36,878 nucleotides of DNA. Origin: a virus. Lineage: Duplodnaviria; Caudoviricetes. Below, one piece after another: positions 1-10,117 of this stretch. Every line of letters begins with the position of its first letter. The stretch's first letter is position 1. The position numbers and the translations under genes were made by a program. Where the stretch lies: IMG/VR virus record IMGVR_UViG_3300023197_000202, positions 1 through 36,878 of that record; one strand, 5' to 3'. The notes beneath the pieces are model-generated. The model had not been told where the DNA came from and searched no databases. It saw nothing but the letters and a program-made list of their open reading frames with translations.

Positions 1-384
1 ATGCGTTGCTCATTTAAATACCACATCCCATGGAATATTGTGGAGAACGAAACCAAATCATACGGCATAGAGCTCGAATGTTGGGGTACCTGTAATCACG
101 ATGATTGCGACGAAGTACTTCCAATGGACATGGTTGCAATTGCTGTCAACAGTTCGAATGTCTTCTGCTCACCATCGTGTACTCGAGACTTCCTGGACTC
201 GACTACCGAAGACATTGAGTTCGTCATCCTGCACGATCCACAGCTACAGATCGATCGGGAGTACATAGGACTGGATAAGAGTACGGTAGATCTCGTCAGG
301 CCTGTTTCCGATCTCGAAGATGCACGCATGGCTGTCACCGACTGCGAGAACCTCTACGGGCACGAATTCCGGGTTGAGATATAG
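1..384 (+). CDS. Hypothetical Cys-rich (Zn-binding) protein; true start may be GTG at 40
   Basis: CxxxxC...FCSxxC motif and acidic composition; TATA-like TTTAAATA at 13-20 lies upstream of the in-frame GTG. Confidence 0.6.
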   Translation: MRCSFKYHIPWNIVENETKSYGIELECWGTCNHDDCDEVLPMDMVAIAVNSSNVFCSPSCTRDFLDSTTEDIEFVILHDPQLQIDREYIGLDKSTVDLVRPVSDLEDARMAVTDCENLYGHEFRVEI

Positions 385-610
385 CTAACGGGTAACGAAT
401 CTCCGTTGCGACAGTATCGGGACACTGTTGGAGGCGTGGGAATACCCCACACCTCGTGTAAATGCGTCGGTGTGAGACAAACACCGAGACTATCAGAGAC
501 TACTGGTACCCTCGTTCTACCCGACCACGAGCAGGATCATCGGGCCTACATCGTTTACCCCACGTAGTAGAATACGTTCGAATGTGTGGGGTAAACACTC
601 CGTACCGATT

Positions 611-1003
611 TCACTCGATGTCGTCTCGTTCGAACTCCAGAGCGTCCTCGTCGTCGAGGTGAAGGATGAGTTCGTCAAGCCGATCGACGACTTCCTCGTG
701 GTGGACATCAGCATTTGCCTCCATCTCATCCATCTTTTCGTTCAGAGACGACAGCTTGCCCTGAATATCGCCCGCGAAGCCCTCATCTGTCGTATCCTTC
801 GAGTTACCGAATGCCCAGGCGAACAGTGTCTTCACTCGTTCCTCCATGGTGGAGAGTCGTTCCTCTAACTCATCGTGATCAGAACCAGTAGCCTGGATCG
901 AGCCTCTCAGGCGGTTATAGATTATCCCGAGTAGTGCAAAGATAGCGCCGAACACGATCGTGATCAACGCTGCCCAGATAGAAGGTGGAAATAGGAATTC
1001 CAT
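611..1003 (-). CDS. Small membrane protein with coiled coil (holin-like position)
   Basis: N-terminal hydrophobic helix IWAALITIVFGAIFALLGIIY, acidic heptad-like C-terminus, last gene of the late operon. Confidence 0.65.
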   Translation of the reverse strand: MEFLFPPSIWAALITIVFGAIFALLGIIYNRLRGSIQATGSDHDELEERLSTMEERVKTLFAWAFGNSKDTTDEGFAGDIQGKLSSLNEKMDEMEANADVHHEEVVDRLDELILHLDDEDALEFERDDIE

Positions 1004-1056
1004 AGAATTGCGACTGAGAAAACTACCTGTAATTCAATCCGATATACTGTCAGTTC

Positions 1057-3750
1057 CTACAGATTCCGTCTATTACTCTTCACGTCGTTTCGCGTCTTCA
1101 CGAGCTCGGTATCGACGCGTCCCGAAATGTCAAAGTTCAACGACAGATTGCCATTAGTCCCGAGCGAGTACTGGATTTCTTCGAGACGTCCGTAGGAGGC
1201 CTCGTAGGTGGCACCAGTGATGGGGGCGCTATCAACGGTGTACTGTGTTCCACTGTCGACGATCGCGCTCGTGGTGTCCGACCGATCGTCGAAGCGAAGG
1301 TAGTACGGGAGATTGCTTAGATCAGCAGTCGTGCTCGTGGCCAGATCTTCGTAGGCGTACTGATCGATCTGGGCCGGCGTTCGTTCGGTGTAGAAGAAGC
1401 GAACGTCGTCAATCCCACCATCGAATGGGTTAGCCTTGTCCGAGTCGACGCCGATGTTGTACCGATCAACGTCTGCTTCGAGATCGACAGATGTGAAGCC
1501 GTCAGGATTCATCTCGTCCTTGAGTTGGCCATCGATGAAGACATCTATCTCACCCGTTTCCCCGAATATGACTGAGAGACGCTGCGTCTCTTCGTTATCC
1601 ACCACTTCGGGTTTGGAACGAGCTCGGTATGGATCCGAGGCATCGGGGGTTCCGAATCCAACGTCGACGCTGCCGTCGCCATAGAGCAGGATGAAATCGT
1701 TGTCCCCAGCATTACTGGAGTCATCCTCGGAGCTAATGATAGAGACATAGTCGTTTGCTCCCATCTCATCCAGGTTCCTGGGATAGATGAGTACCTCGAA
1801 GGTGAACCTGTCTGCAACCTCTACTCCAGGACTCTCCGCGTTGACTTCGACGTAATCGGGCGCACCGTCGGAGCCTCGGAAGTTTAACGCGTTCGTCCCG
1901 ATTCGGCCACCGTACCGGAAGGCATCACTCCAGGTTGACACAGGGTACGTGTAACCGACGTCAATCTGTTTTGGGACGACATCCATCGATCCGGACTCAT
2001 CCTTCTCATTGATCTTCTCTTGAAGCAGCACATCGGCTCGAGAGTCAACCTCAGACTGTGTCACAATCTCAGGGTTCTTCTCGTACTTGTGGACGGTTCG
2101 ATCAAGTACATCGATCTCGTCTTGATCCGAGACAGTCGCCTCGTTGTACGTCCCGTCGGACTTCGTCTTCCCCTGAACCGTGACTTTGTTCGCGTATTCC
2201 GAGTAGTCGAGTTTCCGCTGCTCCTGTTTGATACGCCAGAAGGGTTCTTCCTCAATGGTGTTCTGCGGGAAGGACTCGACGACGTCGTTCTCGTAATCTG
2301 TCAGCGCGAATCGGTACGTACCCCTCTCGTGGATTGATTTCAGAATATCAAACTTCGTGCCATTGAACTCGGCGTCGTCAATCGTGGAGAACTTGGACTC
2401 GTCGGGTGCGAAGATCTCAACCACCGAAACGTGGTGTCCGATCGTCTCCCCAGACTGAGTTTGCGTATCGGGGTACTCTCCATCGAAGATGAGTCGGATC
2501 GAGAAGTCCTGCCCCGTCCCATCCGAGAACTGGAAGTCGAAGTAGTGCTCGTTCGACACCCCAACGTGGGTATGTGTCTGACTCACAACCTCACCTGTGT
2601 CCTTGTTCTTGAGCTCAACAGTGAATTCAGGAAGTTTCTCCTCCGTCGTGATTACAGCGCCGAACCGATCGGTGGCAGACGAGGGTACAATGTCGGTACC
2701 AGAGTCCTGTTCGCCGTCGACGCGGACATCGTCTGGGTACCACTCAGGCCCTGTGTAGACGCCATCAACATTGGTTGAACCCGGAAGGGTGTACGTGCCG
2801 TACGTCTCGTCTGTAATCGTCTCAGCGTCGATATCGATCCACTCACCGGATCCCAAGCCCGACACCTCGATCCGGACGACGGAGGCTTCGTCGAGTTGAC
2901 TCGGGGCACTGTTCACCGTCGACAGACGGGTGTCGTTGAGTATGTCAACCCATTGGTGGGAGAGTGACGTCGAGGAAATGCTCCAGGTACGAACGTGTGT
3001 GCCTTCGATGTAGAAGTCGAGCGTCGCGTCCGAAACACTGGACGACTGGAGTCGGACGTTCCACGCATAGTTGTCGTTGTGATACCTGGCGTTCGTGTCC
3101 ATATCGTAGTCCAGGTAGGTGCCTCCACTACCGTCGAACCGAACAGCTGTCTCCTTCGAGTACGCACTGTCCGATGTGTCACTTCCGTCCGTCGCGATCG
3201 TCGAGGCCGACGTCGAGACATCCTCGGTGAAGTTGACTGGTTCGGTGTATACCTGGCTGTTCGTGATATTGTAGTGAGAGTGCGTGACGGGATCATCTGC
3301 GCCACCGTCGAATGAGAACCGTCGCTTCAGATCAGCATTTGAGCCGTCCTCGGCGTCGAACAGATCTCGGTTCGGAGGCAACACAGAGGCGTCGAAGCTC
3401 GTGTAGTTCTCCCAGTAGTCACGGAGGGCATCGAAGACGGTTGTGTTCGAATACGGTGCCGTGTCGGCCTGGTACTCGAGCTCGACGAGTATTCCACGTC
3501 CACTGAGTTTCGTCGACGAACTATCGAAGCTCGATTCAACGGACTCGAGAATTCCTTTGAAGATGACGTCGCCCTCGTAGTAGACGTAGATGGGCGTCAT
3601 CAGTTCCTCATCGAGGCCCTTGGTGTAGGGGATCGACGCGTCCCATGTCCCAACAGACGTCGGGTTCTCACTGATGTTCAGATCAGTCAGTTCGTCGTAG
3701 ACGATGGCAGCGCTATCGCTTCGCTTGCCACCAATAGAAAGCTCATACAT
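1057..3750 (-). CDS. Tail tip/baseplate hub protein with inserted carbohydrate-binding and LamG-like domains
   Basis: Two genes downstream of the tape measure; hub-like N-terminus and YANKVTVQG segment; LamG-type FDGGIDDVRFF...TPAQI motif near the C-terminus. Confidence 0.8.
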   Translation of the reverse strand: MYELSIGGKRSDSAAIVYDELTDLNISENPTSVGTWDASIPYTKGLDEELMTPIYVYYEGDVIFKGILESVESSFDSSSTKLSGRGILVELEYQADTAPYSNTTVFDALRDYWENYTSFDASVLPPNRDLFDAEDGSNADLKRRFSFDGGADDPVTHSHYNITNSQVYTEPVNFTEDVSTSASTIATDGSDTSDSAYSKETAVRFDGSGGTYLDYDMDTNARYHNDNYAWNVRLQSSSVSDATLDFYIEGTHVRTWSISSTSLSHQWVDILNDTRLSTVNSAPSQLDEASVVRIEVSGLGSGEWIDIDAETITDETYGTYTLPGSTNVDGVYTGPEWYPDDVRVDGEQDSGTDIVPSSATDRFGAVITTEEKLPEFTVELKNKDTGEVVSQTHTHVGVSNEHYFDFQFSDGTGQDFSIRLIFDGEYPDTQTQSGETIGHHVSVVEIFAPDESKFSTIDDAEFNGTKFDILKSIHERGTYRFALTDYENDVVESFPQNTIEEEPFWRIKQEQRKLDYSEYANKVTVQGKTKSDGTYNEATVSDQDEIDVLDRTVHKYEKNPEIVTQSEVDSRADVLLQEKINEKDESGSMDVVPKQIDVGYTYPVSTWSDAFRYGGRIGTNALNFRGSDGAPDYVEVNAESPGVEVADRFTFEVLIYPRNLDEMGANDYVSIISSEDDSSNAGDNDFILLYGDGSVDVGFGTPDASDPYRARSKPEVVDNEETQRLSVIFGETGEIDVFIDGQLKDEMNPDGFTSVDLEADVDRYNIGVDSDKANPFDGGIDDVRFFYTERTPAQIDQYAYEDLATSTTADLSNLPYYLRFDDRSDTTSAIVDSGTQYTVDSAPITGATYEASYGRLEEIQYSLGTNGNLSLNFDISGRVDTELVKTRNDVKSNRRNL

Positions 3751-3754
3751 AGCC

Positions 3755-4222
3755 TTAGAGTTCCGCCTTCAGATCGTTCTCCACATCGCTGCGAGCGTTG
3801 TACTCAGAGGCCTCGGCCAGGATATAGCACGACAGGGTGAGCCGTTCGCCTCCACCGACGTACTTCGTCCCATCACTACCTCCGGTGACAACTGCCCAGT
3901 AGCTTCCAACGTCGCCCACGTCAGCGCCTGGAACGAGTTTCACCAGCGTCGAGGTGAACGAGCTGTATGGGTGGATACGCTCGCGATACCAAGGTACGCC
4001 ACGAATGTCAGTCCCAGTATCGATCGTCGAGTCACCCGCGTAGCGAGCAAACTCGCGAAGATCGTTATAGTGAGAGACGTGGTTCGTGATTTCCTGTCCG
4101 AAAAAGAATGTCAGTGAAAACTCATCCCCAATACGGAACAACGGGAGGGAGTCACCCTCGACTCCCGACGCCGTCAGATTCCCAAAGTCCGCAGTCTCGA
4201 TAGTCCAAGTTACATCAGTCAT
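3755..4222 (-). CDS. Putative distal tail (Dit-like) protein
   Basis: 155 aa beta-rich ORF directly after the tape measure; synteny only. Confidence 0.6.
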   Translation of the reverse strand: MTDVTWTIETADFGNLTASGVEGDSLPLFRIGDEFSLTFFFGQEITNHVSHYNDLREFARYAGDSTIDTGTDIRGVPWYRERIHPYSSFTSTLVKLVPGADVGDVGSYWAVVTGGSDGTKYVGGGERLTLSCYILAEASEYNARSDVENDLKAEL

Positions 4223-4225
4223 AAA

Positions 4226-6823
4226 TTAGAGCCGATTGAGTCTGTCTTGCTTGTCCGCCTCGTTCTCTTCGACCACGAGCTCGGCCTTCTCTCGAATAAT
4301 ATCAGCGAGCACACCGTCGCCCTCGACACGGAGGCGGGCCGTCATCGAACCCGAACCCGAGCTCGTTCCCGCCGACAGGGGTGCTTCCGTCGCCGTCGCC
4401 GTCCCAGCTTCGTAGGCCGTGTCCAGGTACGAATTCAACCTGTCGAGTGGGACGACAGCCTCCTGGCCTGCCTCCCCAATCTGGGCGATCGTCGCTGAGT
4501 CAACGATGCCACCGTCTGCCAGCTGAGGCAGATCAAGTGACTGGCCACCGATCGACTCGCTCGGAATATCAAGATCGCCCCCACCGATTCGTTCCCCAGC
4601 AATCGTCGTCGACGGGAGATCCACGTCTCCGCCTCCGATCGTAACCTCTGGGATCGAAAGCGTATCTGGGATCGCGTTATTGAAGATGCTCTTGAAGTCG
4701 TTGACGACGCTTCGGATCTTACTTAGAATTCTGTCTCCGAGCGTATCCATCGTGTTCAGGACAGATCCCTTCAGCGTGTCGAAGATACCCAGGACGGCGT
4801 CCTTCACCTTATTGAAGGACTTCTTGTAGGTGAGGAAGATTCGCTTGAGTACCTTCTTGATGCCCGTCAAGAAGTTTGTCCTGATGAATTTGAGAATCTG
4901 ATTGAACGTCTTCGGGACGATTGAATTTCCAATCAGGAAGTTGTAGATGCGTTCGAAGGGAGCCTTCACTGCCTTCCAGATCAGACTCATGACGGCCTTC
5001 AGTCCCGACAGGAAGGACGTCTTCATGAACGTCAGAATCTTGTTGAACGTCCTCTGAGCGAATTCTTTGATGTAGGTGAACGCCTGCCTCCAGTCGCCTC
5101 GGATTAGTGCCAGAACCACCTTGATGGCCGTGAAGATGGCATCCATCGTGGTTCCGACGTAGAGGATCAGGAAGTCGAATATCGTCTTCGTGATCGTCAT
5201 GATCTCGTCGCCGTACTTGCTCCAGAAGGCGCTGATCTTGTTCCCAACTACAGTGATGTACTTCAGAAGGAAGTCCATCGTCTTCGACGTCTCAGAGGCA
5301 ATGTCCGAGAAGTTCTGCTCCCAGATCTTCCGGAGTCGCTTGATAAGTGGAATCGTGTAGTTCTGGACGACGAATTTGACGACAGCAAGAACCTTCTCGA
5401 GTGCCACCTGGAACTTGGCTCGCATTGCAGCCAACGTCTGCATCACCGAGTTGGCCTCGTCCCTGTTCTTCGCGAACGTCTGCTTAATCACGCCGAACGT
5501 GTTCATCACGACGTCCCGAATGCCAGCGAAGTTCGTATTCCAGGCCTTGTAGAGCGCGTACCCGGCAGCTGCTACGGCTCCAACGATGGCGATAATCGGG
5601 AGCAACGTCCCGGTGATACTGACTCCCAATGTCGCGATAACACCTGCGAGTCCACCCAGGACAGCCGTCAGGGCAATAATGACGGCTGGCATCCCATCCA
5701 ACTGCTTATTGAACCGAGCGAAGTCCTTGACGAGAGGCATCACCTTCTCGAGGGCGTCCGTCAGGACAGGGAGAATCGCGTTCCCCATCACGATAGCCAC
5801 GTTTCGGAGCTGATTCTTCAGCAGCTTGAGTTGGGCATTGAACGTGTCCGTCGAGGCCTCGAATTCCTTCTGCAGTGACGTCCCCGCCTCGTAGGCCTTG
5901 TTCGAGTCCTCAAGGGCTTGCCTCGTTCCATCGATATTCTGTGCCATCCCCGACAGAGCCTGACGTGACGTCGTCGACAGAGCACTCTTGAGAGCATTAG
6001 CCTGCTCGCCTCCATCCTTCATGGCCTCTGCCATCGAGAGCATGAGCTCGTTCGGAGACTCCTCTCGCATCGTCTCGAACTCCTCCTTCGTCATCCCGAG
6101 GGCGCTGGATAGATCTCCAACCTTCTTCGGGGACATCATCTCCTGACTGAGTCGCCGCATCCGAGTCCCGGCTCGCTCGGAGGACTCACTGACTTCATTG
6201 ATCGCTGCCGACATGCCAGCAATCTCCGTCTGACTCATACCCATCTGACTGAGAGCACCAGACGAGCGCATCATCGAGTCGACGATCTCCTGGGAACTCG
6301 TCGCATAGTTATTCGAGAGCGAGTTGATCGCGGAACCCAGGTTCTCGACTTCCGAAATCGGTGTATTCGTTAGCTCCGACAGCTTGGCGAGCGACTCCCC
6401 AGCCTCGTTGGCAGAGAGATTCGTCGCCTCAGACATCTTCGCAACCGAACGGGTGAAGTTCTCGATGTTCTTCGGGCCCTCGATCCCGAACCGGCCTGCG
6501 TCGGCTGCAAGGCCAGCCAGTTTGTTCTGCGCCATCGGAATCTCCGTCGCCATCTCACGGATCGACTCCGACATCTGCTCAGCTGTCTCCGGATTCGTTA
6601 CCTTCTCTACCTCTACCATCGCCTGTTCGAAATCAGCAGCAGCCTGAGCTGCTTTCCCAAGCGCAGCAACACCTGCTCCGGCCAGAACAGCACTTGCTCC
6701 TGCAACAGCAGACTTGACTCCACCTGCAGACTCTGCTACTCCGTCGAAGGCCTCAGAGGCACCTTCGTCGGATGCAGTAATTTCGACTGCGAGTTCCTGA
6801 TCTCCGCTTGGGGTTAATGACAT
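4226..6823 (-). CDS. Tail tape measure protein (TP901-type core)
   Basis: AADFEQAMVEVEKV...LGSAINSLSNN core, hydrophobic central segment, amphipathic aromatic repeats, C-terminal LADGGIV...IGEAGQEAVVPL motif. Confidence 0.95.
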   Translation of the reverse strand: MSLTPSGDQELAVEITASDEGASEAFDGVAESAGGVKSAVAGASAVLAGAGVAALGKAAQAAADFEQAMVEVEKVTNPETAEQMSESIREMATEIPMAQNKLAGLAADAGRFGIEGPKNIENFTRSVAKMSEATNLSANEAGESLAKLSELTNTPISEVENLGSAINSLSNNYATSSQEIVDSMMRSSGALSQMGMSQTEIAGMSAAINEVSESSERAGTRMRRLSQEMMSPKKVGDLSSALGMTKEEFETMREESPNELMLSMAEAMKDGGEQANALKSALSTTSRQALSGMAQNIDGTRQALEDSNKAYEAGTSLQKEFEASTDTFNAQLKLLKNQLRNVAIVMGNAILPVLTDALEKVMPLVKDFARFNKQLDGMPAVIIALTAVLGGLAGVIATLGVSITGTLLPIIAIVGAVAAAGYALYKAWNTNFAGIRDVVMNTFGVIKQTFAKNRDEANSVMQTLAAMRAKFQVALEKVLAVVKFVVQNYTIPLIKRLRKIWEQNFSDIASETSKTMDFLLKYITVVGNKISAFWSKYGDEIMTITKTIFDFLILYVGTTMDAIFTAIKVVLALIRGDWRQAFTYIKEFAQRTFNKILTFMKTSFLSGLKAVMSLIWKAVKAPFERIYNFLIGNSIVPKTFNQILKFIRTNFLTGIKKVLKRIFLTYKKSFNKVKDAVLGIFDTLKGSVLNTMDTLGDRILSKIRSVVNDFKSIFNNAIPDTLSIPEVTIGGGDVDLPSTTIAGERIGGGDLDIPSESIGGQSLDLPQLADGGIVDSATIAQIGEAGQEAVVPLDRLNSYLDTAYEAGTATATEAPLSAGTSSGSGSMTARLRVEGDGVLADIIREKAELVVEENEADKQDRLNRL

Positions 6824-6856
6824 AAATATGAAAAGTAAGAAAACGTCAAATCCGCA

Positions 6857-7144
6857 CTACTGCTGCTGATTCAATTCTTGCACCCACTCCTTGTCCGACT
6901 CTCTCGATTCACCCGGAGCACGCTTGTGCGGGCCACTTCCGCGTGTCTGGCCAGAATTCTCTGCCTTCTTTCTGTTCTGAACGTTCGCGCCCTCCAGGAG
7001 GACACGAGTCTCGGGTATCGTCAGTGAATAGAGGCTCGTGTCACCGACGAACTGGTACCCGTTGTCGTGTAACTGCTTGATCCAGAGTGCCTTCTCACTC
7101 AGGCCTGTTCGTTGGCGAGATCCATCAGCTGCTTCAACTTTCCC
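6857..7144 (-). CDS. Tail assembly chaperone -1 frameshift extension (gpGT-like)
   Basis: GGGAAAG on the minus strand at 7138-7144 in codons G GGA AAG; the -1 frame stays open for 95 codons (GKVEAADGSR...WVQELNQQQ) to TAG at 6857-6859. Confidence 0.85.
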   Translation of the reverse strand, partial: GKVEAADGSRQRTGLSEKALWIKQLHDNGYQFVGDTSLYSLTIPETRVLLEGANVQNRKKAENSGQTRGSGPHKRAPGESRESDKEWVQELNQQQ

Positions 7145-7551
7145 GGATCATCGATCTCGTTCAACATCTCGAGGTTCTCCATGTTCAACGCGTTCTGGAG
7201 ATCGTGCCCAGACGCTCGCAGGATTGCAGTCACAAGGGCGTCGCGCCCGAACCCGATCATGTCGTCTTCAACCCTCTCGGCGGTGACGTCGAAGTCGTCG
7301 CTCTCTCGAACGTCGTACCAGTGTTCGTTGAGAATTTCGGCCACATCTTCGGGCGAGAGCTCGGCGGGGTTCAGCTGTCCTTCAGAGCCACCATATTCGT
7401 TCAGATCACCCATCGTCATCGGGATCACACGAATGGATTCTTCGACTCCAGGAAGGGGCTCTGTTACTGGCTGTAGTTCGTCATCCTCGTTACGGGTAAC
7501 GAAGAAGTCGTCGGGCTTTGCGATATTCATCTCGTCGGTAGTCTCTGACAT
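7099..7551 (-). CDS. Tail assembly chaperone (gpG-like)
   Basis: Between tail tube and tape measure; acidic; slippery site near the 3' end. Confidence 0.85.
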   Translation of the reverse strand: MSETTDEMNIAKPDDFFVTRNEDDELQPVTEPLPGVEESIRVIPMTMGDLNEYGGSEGQLNPAELSPEDVAEILNEHWYDVRESDDFDVTAERVEDDMIGFGRDALVTAILRASGHDLQNALNMENLEMLNEIDDPGKLKQLMDLANEQA

Positions 7552-7647
7552 AATAGAATAGTCTCGTACGTTTGTCTCAGCGAACCGCGTTTCACACGGT
7601 GGTTGTAAGGTGAAAGCTGCGCGACGTAAGGGGGAGGACTAATGTCC

Positions 7648-8847
7648 TTAGTTGGGGGTGAAGGAGACGCCCTTGGCCTCAAACGTGGAGTCCTGCGTCG
7701 AAATCACATCACCTGCGCTGGGGCCGACTTCGCCAGGTGAGGAAAGAACAGCGTCGTGGAATGTAACCGAGCCACCATCGAAGTTCCAGACGAGATCGAA
7801 CTCATTCGTCTGAATGTGATCGTTCAGATTCTCCTGGCCCGAGAAGTTACCGGCCACCGTCGCGGTGAACTCGGTATCCTGCTGGCCGACGTGGATAGCC
7901 TGTTCGGAGCTACCCATGACGCCTGCCTTCTCATAGTTATTCGAGACGCTGAAGGATGCGGAACGAACCTCGGCAGCCAGATCGGATCCACCCTTCGTAA
8001 TCTGATCGTCGATGAACTGCTCGTAGCTCGAACCGACGGAGCTGGCGTGTGAACCAGAACCAAGGGCAGGGATTCCGAGATCGCCACCAGCCACATCGTA
8101 GACACTCGAACCGTTGAGTCGTGCGAGCTCATTCCCACCACTGTCTTCGATCACAACGTCGCCGACAGTTTCGGCATCGAGCTCGAGGGCGTCGATTGAA
8201 TCGAACGTCGCCGTCGTCGTGACAGACGTTGTTCCGTCGAGGGAGACATCTTCGGTGGTAGACGCGTCGTCGGACTCGATAGTTAGTGTCTGCGTGGAGT
8301 CAGACGAGTCAGTCGAGGACACACTTAGCGTCTCACCCGACGGCTGCTCTACCGTGTAGGCACGAGCAGACTTGACTTCGTAGGCGAGCGAGACGGCGAT
8401 CGGGAGGCCGGAACCAGGATCTCCCGAGAGCTCGTCCAGGTTCGGGTACGCACCCTTGGCAACCGTATAGGTTCGAGTGCCACCGTGATCGGCTCGATCA
8501 ACAATCGTGTGAGTATTTGCCACACCACCGTTTGCTGCGCGAACGATTGCGTCGCCAGAAGCATCGTTCGGATTCCCACCACCGTCGACGAAGAATTTCT
8601 GCAGGTGATACTCGATCGAGGCCGAGTGATCTTCGGGGCCTGCAAAGTGGTTCTGGACTTCGTAGTCGCCAACACCGCGCTGGGCTTCAATCTGTACGTC
8701 GGCCTCCGTCACCAGCGCAGTCTCGAGCGTATCCGAGTAGAGATTCCACGACGGATCAGCAGGGACGACGCCGGGACTGTCTTCTCGAACGAACTCGACA
8801 CGGTGGTTACGGATGCCTGAGTCGGGGTTAGTAGCCTGGTTAGACAT
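7648..8847 (-). CDS. Major tail (tube) protein, probably with an inserted extra domain
   Basis: Synteny after the tail terminator; beta-rich; 399 aa is long for a tube protein and it has a Ser/Thr/Asp-rich central segment. Confidence 0.8.
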   Translation of the reverse strand: MSNQATNPDSGIRNHRVEFVREDSPGVVPADPSWNLYSDTLETALVTEADVQIEAQRGVGDYEVQNHFAGPEDHSASIEYHLQKFFVDGGGNPNDASGDAIVRAANGGVANTHTIVDRADHGGTRTYTVAKGAYPNLDELSGDPGSGLPIAVSLAYEVKSARAYTVEQPSGETLSVSSTDSSDSTQTLTIESDDASTTEDVSLDGTTSVTTTATFDSIDALELDAETVGDVVIEDSGGNELARLNGSSVYDVAGGDLGIPALGSGSHASSVGSSYEQFIDDQITKGGSDLAAEVRSASFSVSNNYEKAGVMGSSEQAIHVGQQDTEFTATVAGNFSGQENLNDHIQTNEFDLVWNFDGGSVTFHDAVLSSPGEVGPSAGDVISTQDSTFEAKGVSFTPN

Positions 8848-8915
8848 AATAGAATACGTTGAAAATTATCGAAAATCGAATAGTTAGCAAGCAATACGGC
8901 TCGGATCAGACGCCC

Positions 8916-9401
8916 CTACCGAGGAGTTTTGATCCAAGTAAATCGGAGCTCGAATTGGACGGAGTGTTCGGACGGACTGACGTCCTGATCGACGAGTCTC
9001 GTTCGGGAGTCAACCGCGAGGGATCGAAGAGAACCAGGGGACTGATTCTCCCCGACGATGCGCTCGATTTCGTCGGCCATCTCCTCGGCCTGGAGTTGTT
9101 CCAAACCTCTGTCCTCGTAGTCGTCGCGAGAACCGGCCCAGGCTGTTACCAGAACAGTTCCGCTGCGTGTCTGGATACCACCCTGGCCACTACCGTCGAT
9201 AGCACTGAAGCCCGTCTCACCGCCTCCGAACGGACTCTCTTCATCGTTCGTCACCGAAATCTGGGGGGCAGACTTGCCATTTTCATACCACCCCGTGTGA
9301 ATGTCGTCTGATTCCAGGGCAACAGGGAAGGATGTCGAATCCAACGTGCTCTGGATCAGATCGCGAACGGTGAGTTTGACGTCAGCAATAGTCTGGGGCA
9401 T
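8916..9401 (-). CDS. Tail terminator/completion protein
   Basis: Position upstream of the tail tube; size and PQISV...VLVTAWA pattern. Confidence 0.65.
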   Translation of the reverse strand: MPQTIADVKLTVRDLIQSTLDSTSFPVALESDDIHTGWYENGKSAPQISVTNDEESPFGGGETGFSAIDGSGQGGIQTRSGTVLVTAWAGSRDDYEDRGLEQLQAEEMADEIERIVGENQSPGSLRSLAVDSRTRLVDQDVSPSEHSVQFELRFTWIKTPR

Positions 9402-9404
9402 AGA

Positions 9405-9794
9405 TTAGATCTCCGTACATTCGACAGCCAGCAGCGAGCGTTGGTTCCGAACAGTCACTGTCTGGTACCGCGACTCAGTCTGGGTGTCGACGAACTCAGT
9501 CGGTTTTGTCTCGTCATCCGTGCCAAGCTCGACGTCGACAGCATCAGGCTTCAGGTAGATGACGGCAGACACCGTCACATCGTCTCCATCAGGGCCTGCG
9601 GTACGACGGGGCTCATCTGGATATTCAATGGTGCCAGCTGCCGTAGACGACGACTCAGTCCAGTCGCCACCAGAGGCATACTCGTTCGTCCCACCACTCT
9701 CGTCCCAGTCATACTGGACGACGGTGAAGTCGTGGGCAACCTGATCGTGGACTCGTTGGACTGCACGAGTCGTCTGTGAGTAGAAAGACGTCAT
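9405..9794 (-). CDS. Head closure/head-tail joining protein
   Basis: Synteny; about 130 aa beta-rich; overlaps the upstream stop (ATGA). Confidence 0.6.
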   Translation of the reverse strand: MTSFYSQTTRAVQRVHDQVAHDFTVVQYDWDESGGTNEYASGGDWTESSSTAAGTIEYPDEPRRTAGPDGDDVTVSAVIYLKPDAVDVELGTDDETKPTEFVDTQTESRYQTVTVRNQRSLLAVECTEI

Positions 9795-10117
9795 TCAAGT
9801 CGTTCGGCAGTGATAGAATTCTTCAGTGTTCCCGTATCAACGGGAGCCTCTCGTTTCGCCTCAGCTTCGATTGTGAGTGCTAACTGTTCTGCGACTTCCT
9901 GGGGCGACTCGGCCCCAGTGAATGCTCGATCCATCGAGCGTACTGCCCGACGGACAGCCGGACGAAGGAAGGGTTGTGCCTGATTCGAGCTCGTTCCGAA
10001 CTCGACGTAGACAGCGTACTCCACGTTCGTCCCAACCACATATCGAGTCTCCCCAAACTCCTCGTAGTCGAGTGTGTCGAGGAGCGAGCTCATTCCGAAT
10101 AGAGACATCCCAGTCAT
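9791..10117 (-). CDS. HK97 gp10-like tail completion protein (permuted motif order)
   Basis: YAVYVEFGT..AQPFLRPA and APVDTGTLKNSI motifs. Confidence 0.85.
   Translation of the reverse strand: MTGMSLFGMSSLLDTLDYEEFGETRYVVGTNVEYAVYVEFGTSSNQAQPFLRPAVRRAVRSMDRAFTGAESPQEVAEQLALTIEAEAKREAPVDTGTLKNSITAERLE

Noticed and set aside
7623-7633. GACGTAAGGGG matching the ORB-like motif in the tail tube/chaperone spacer
   Set aside because: Single 11-bp partial match lacking the CGCTTAT half; could be chance.
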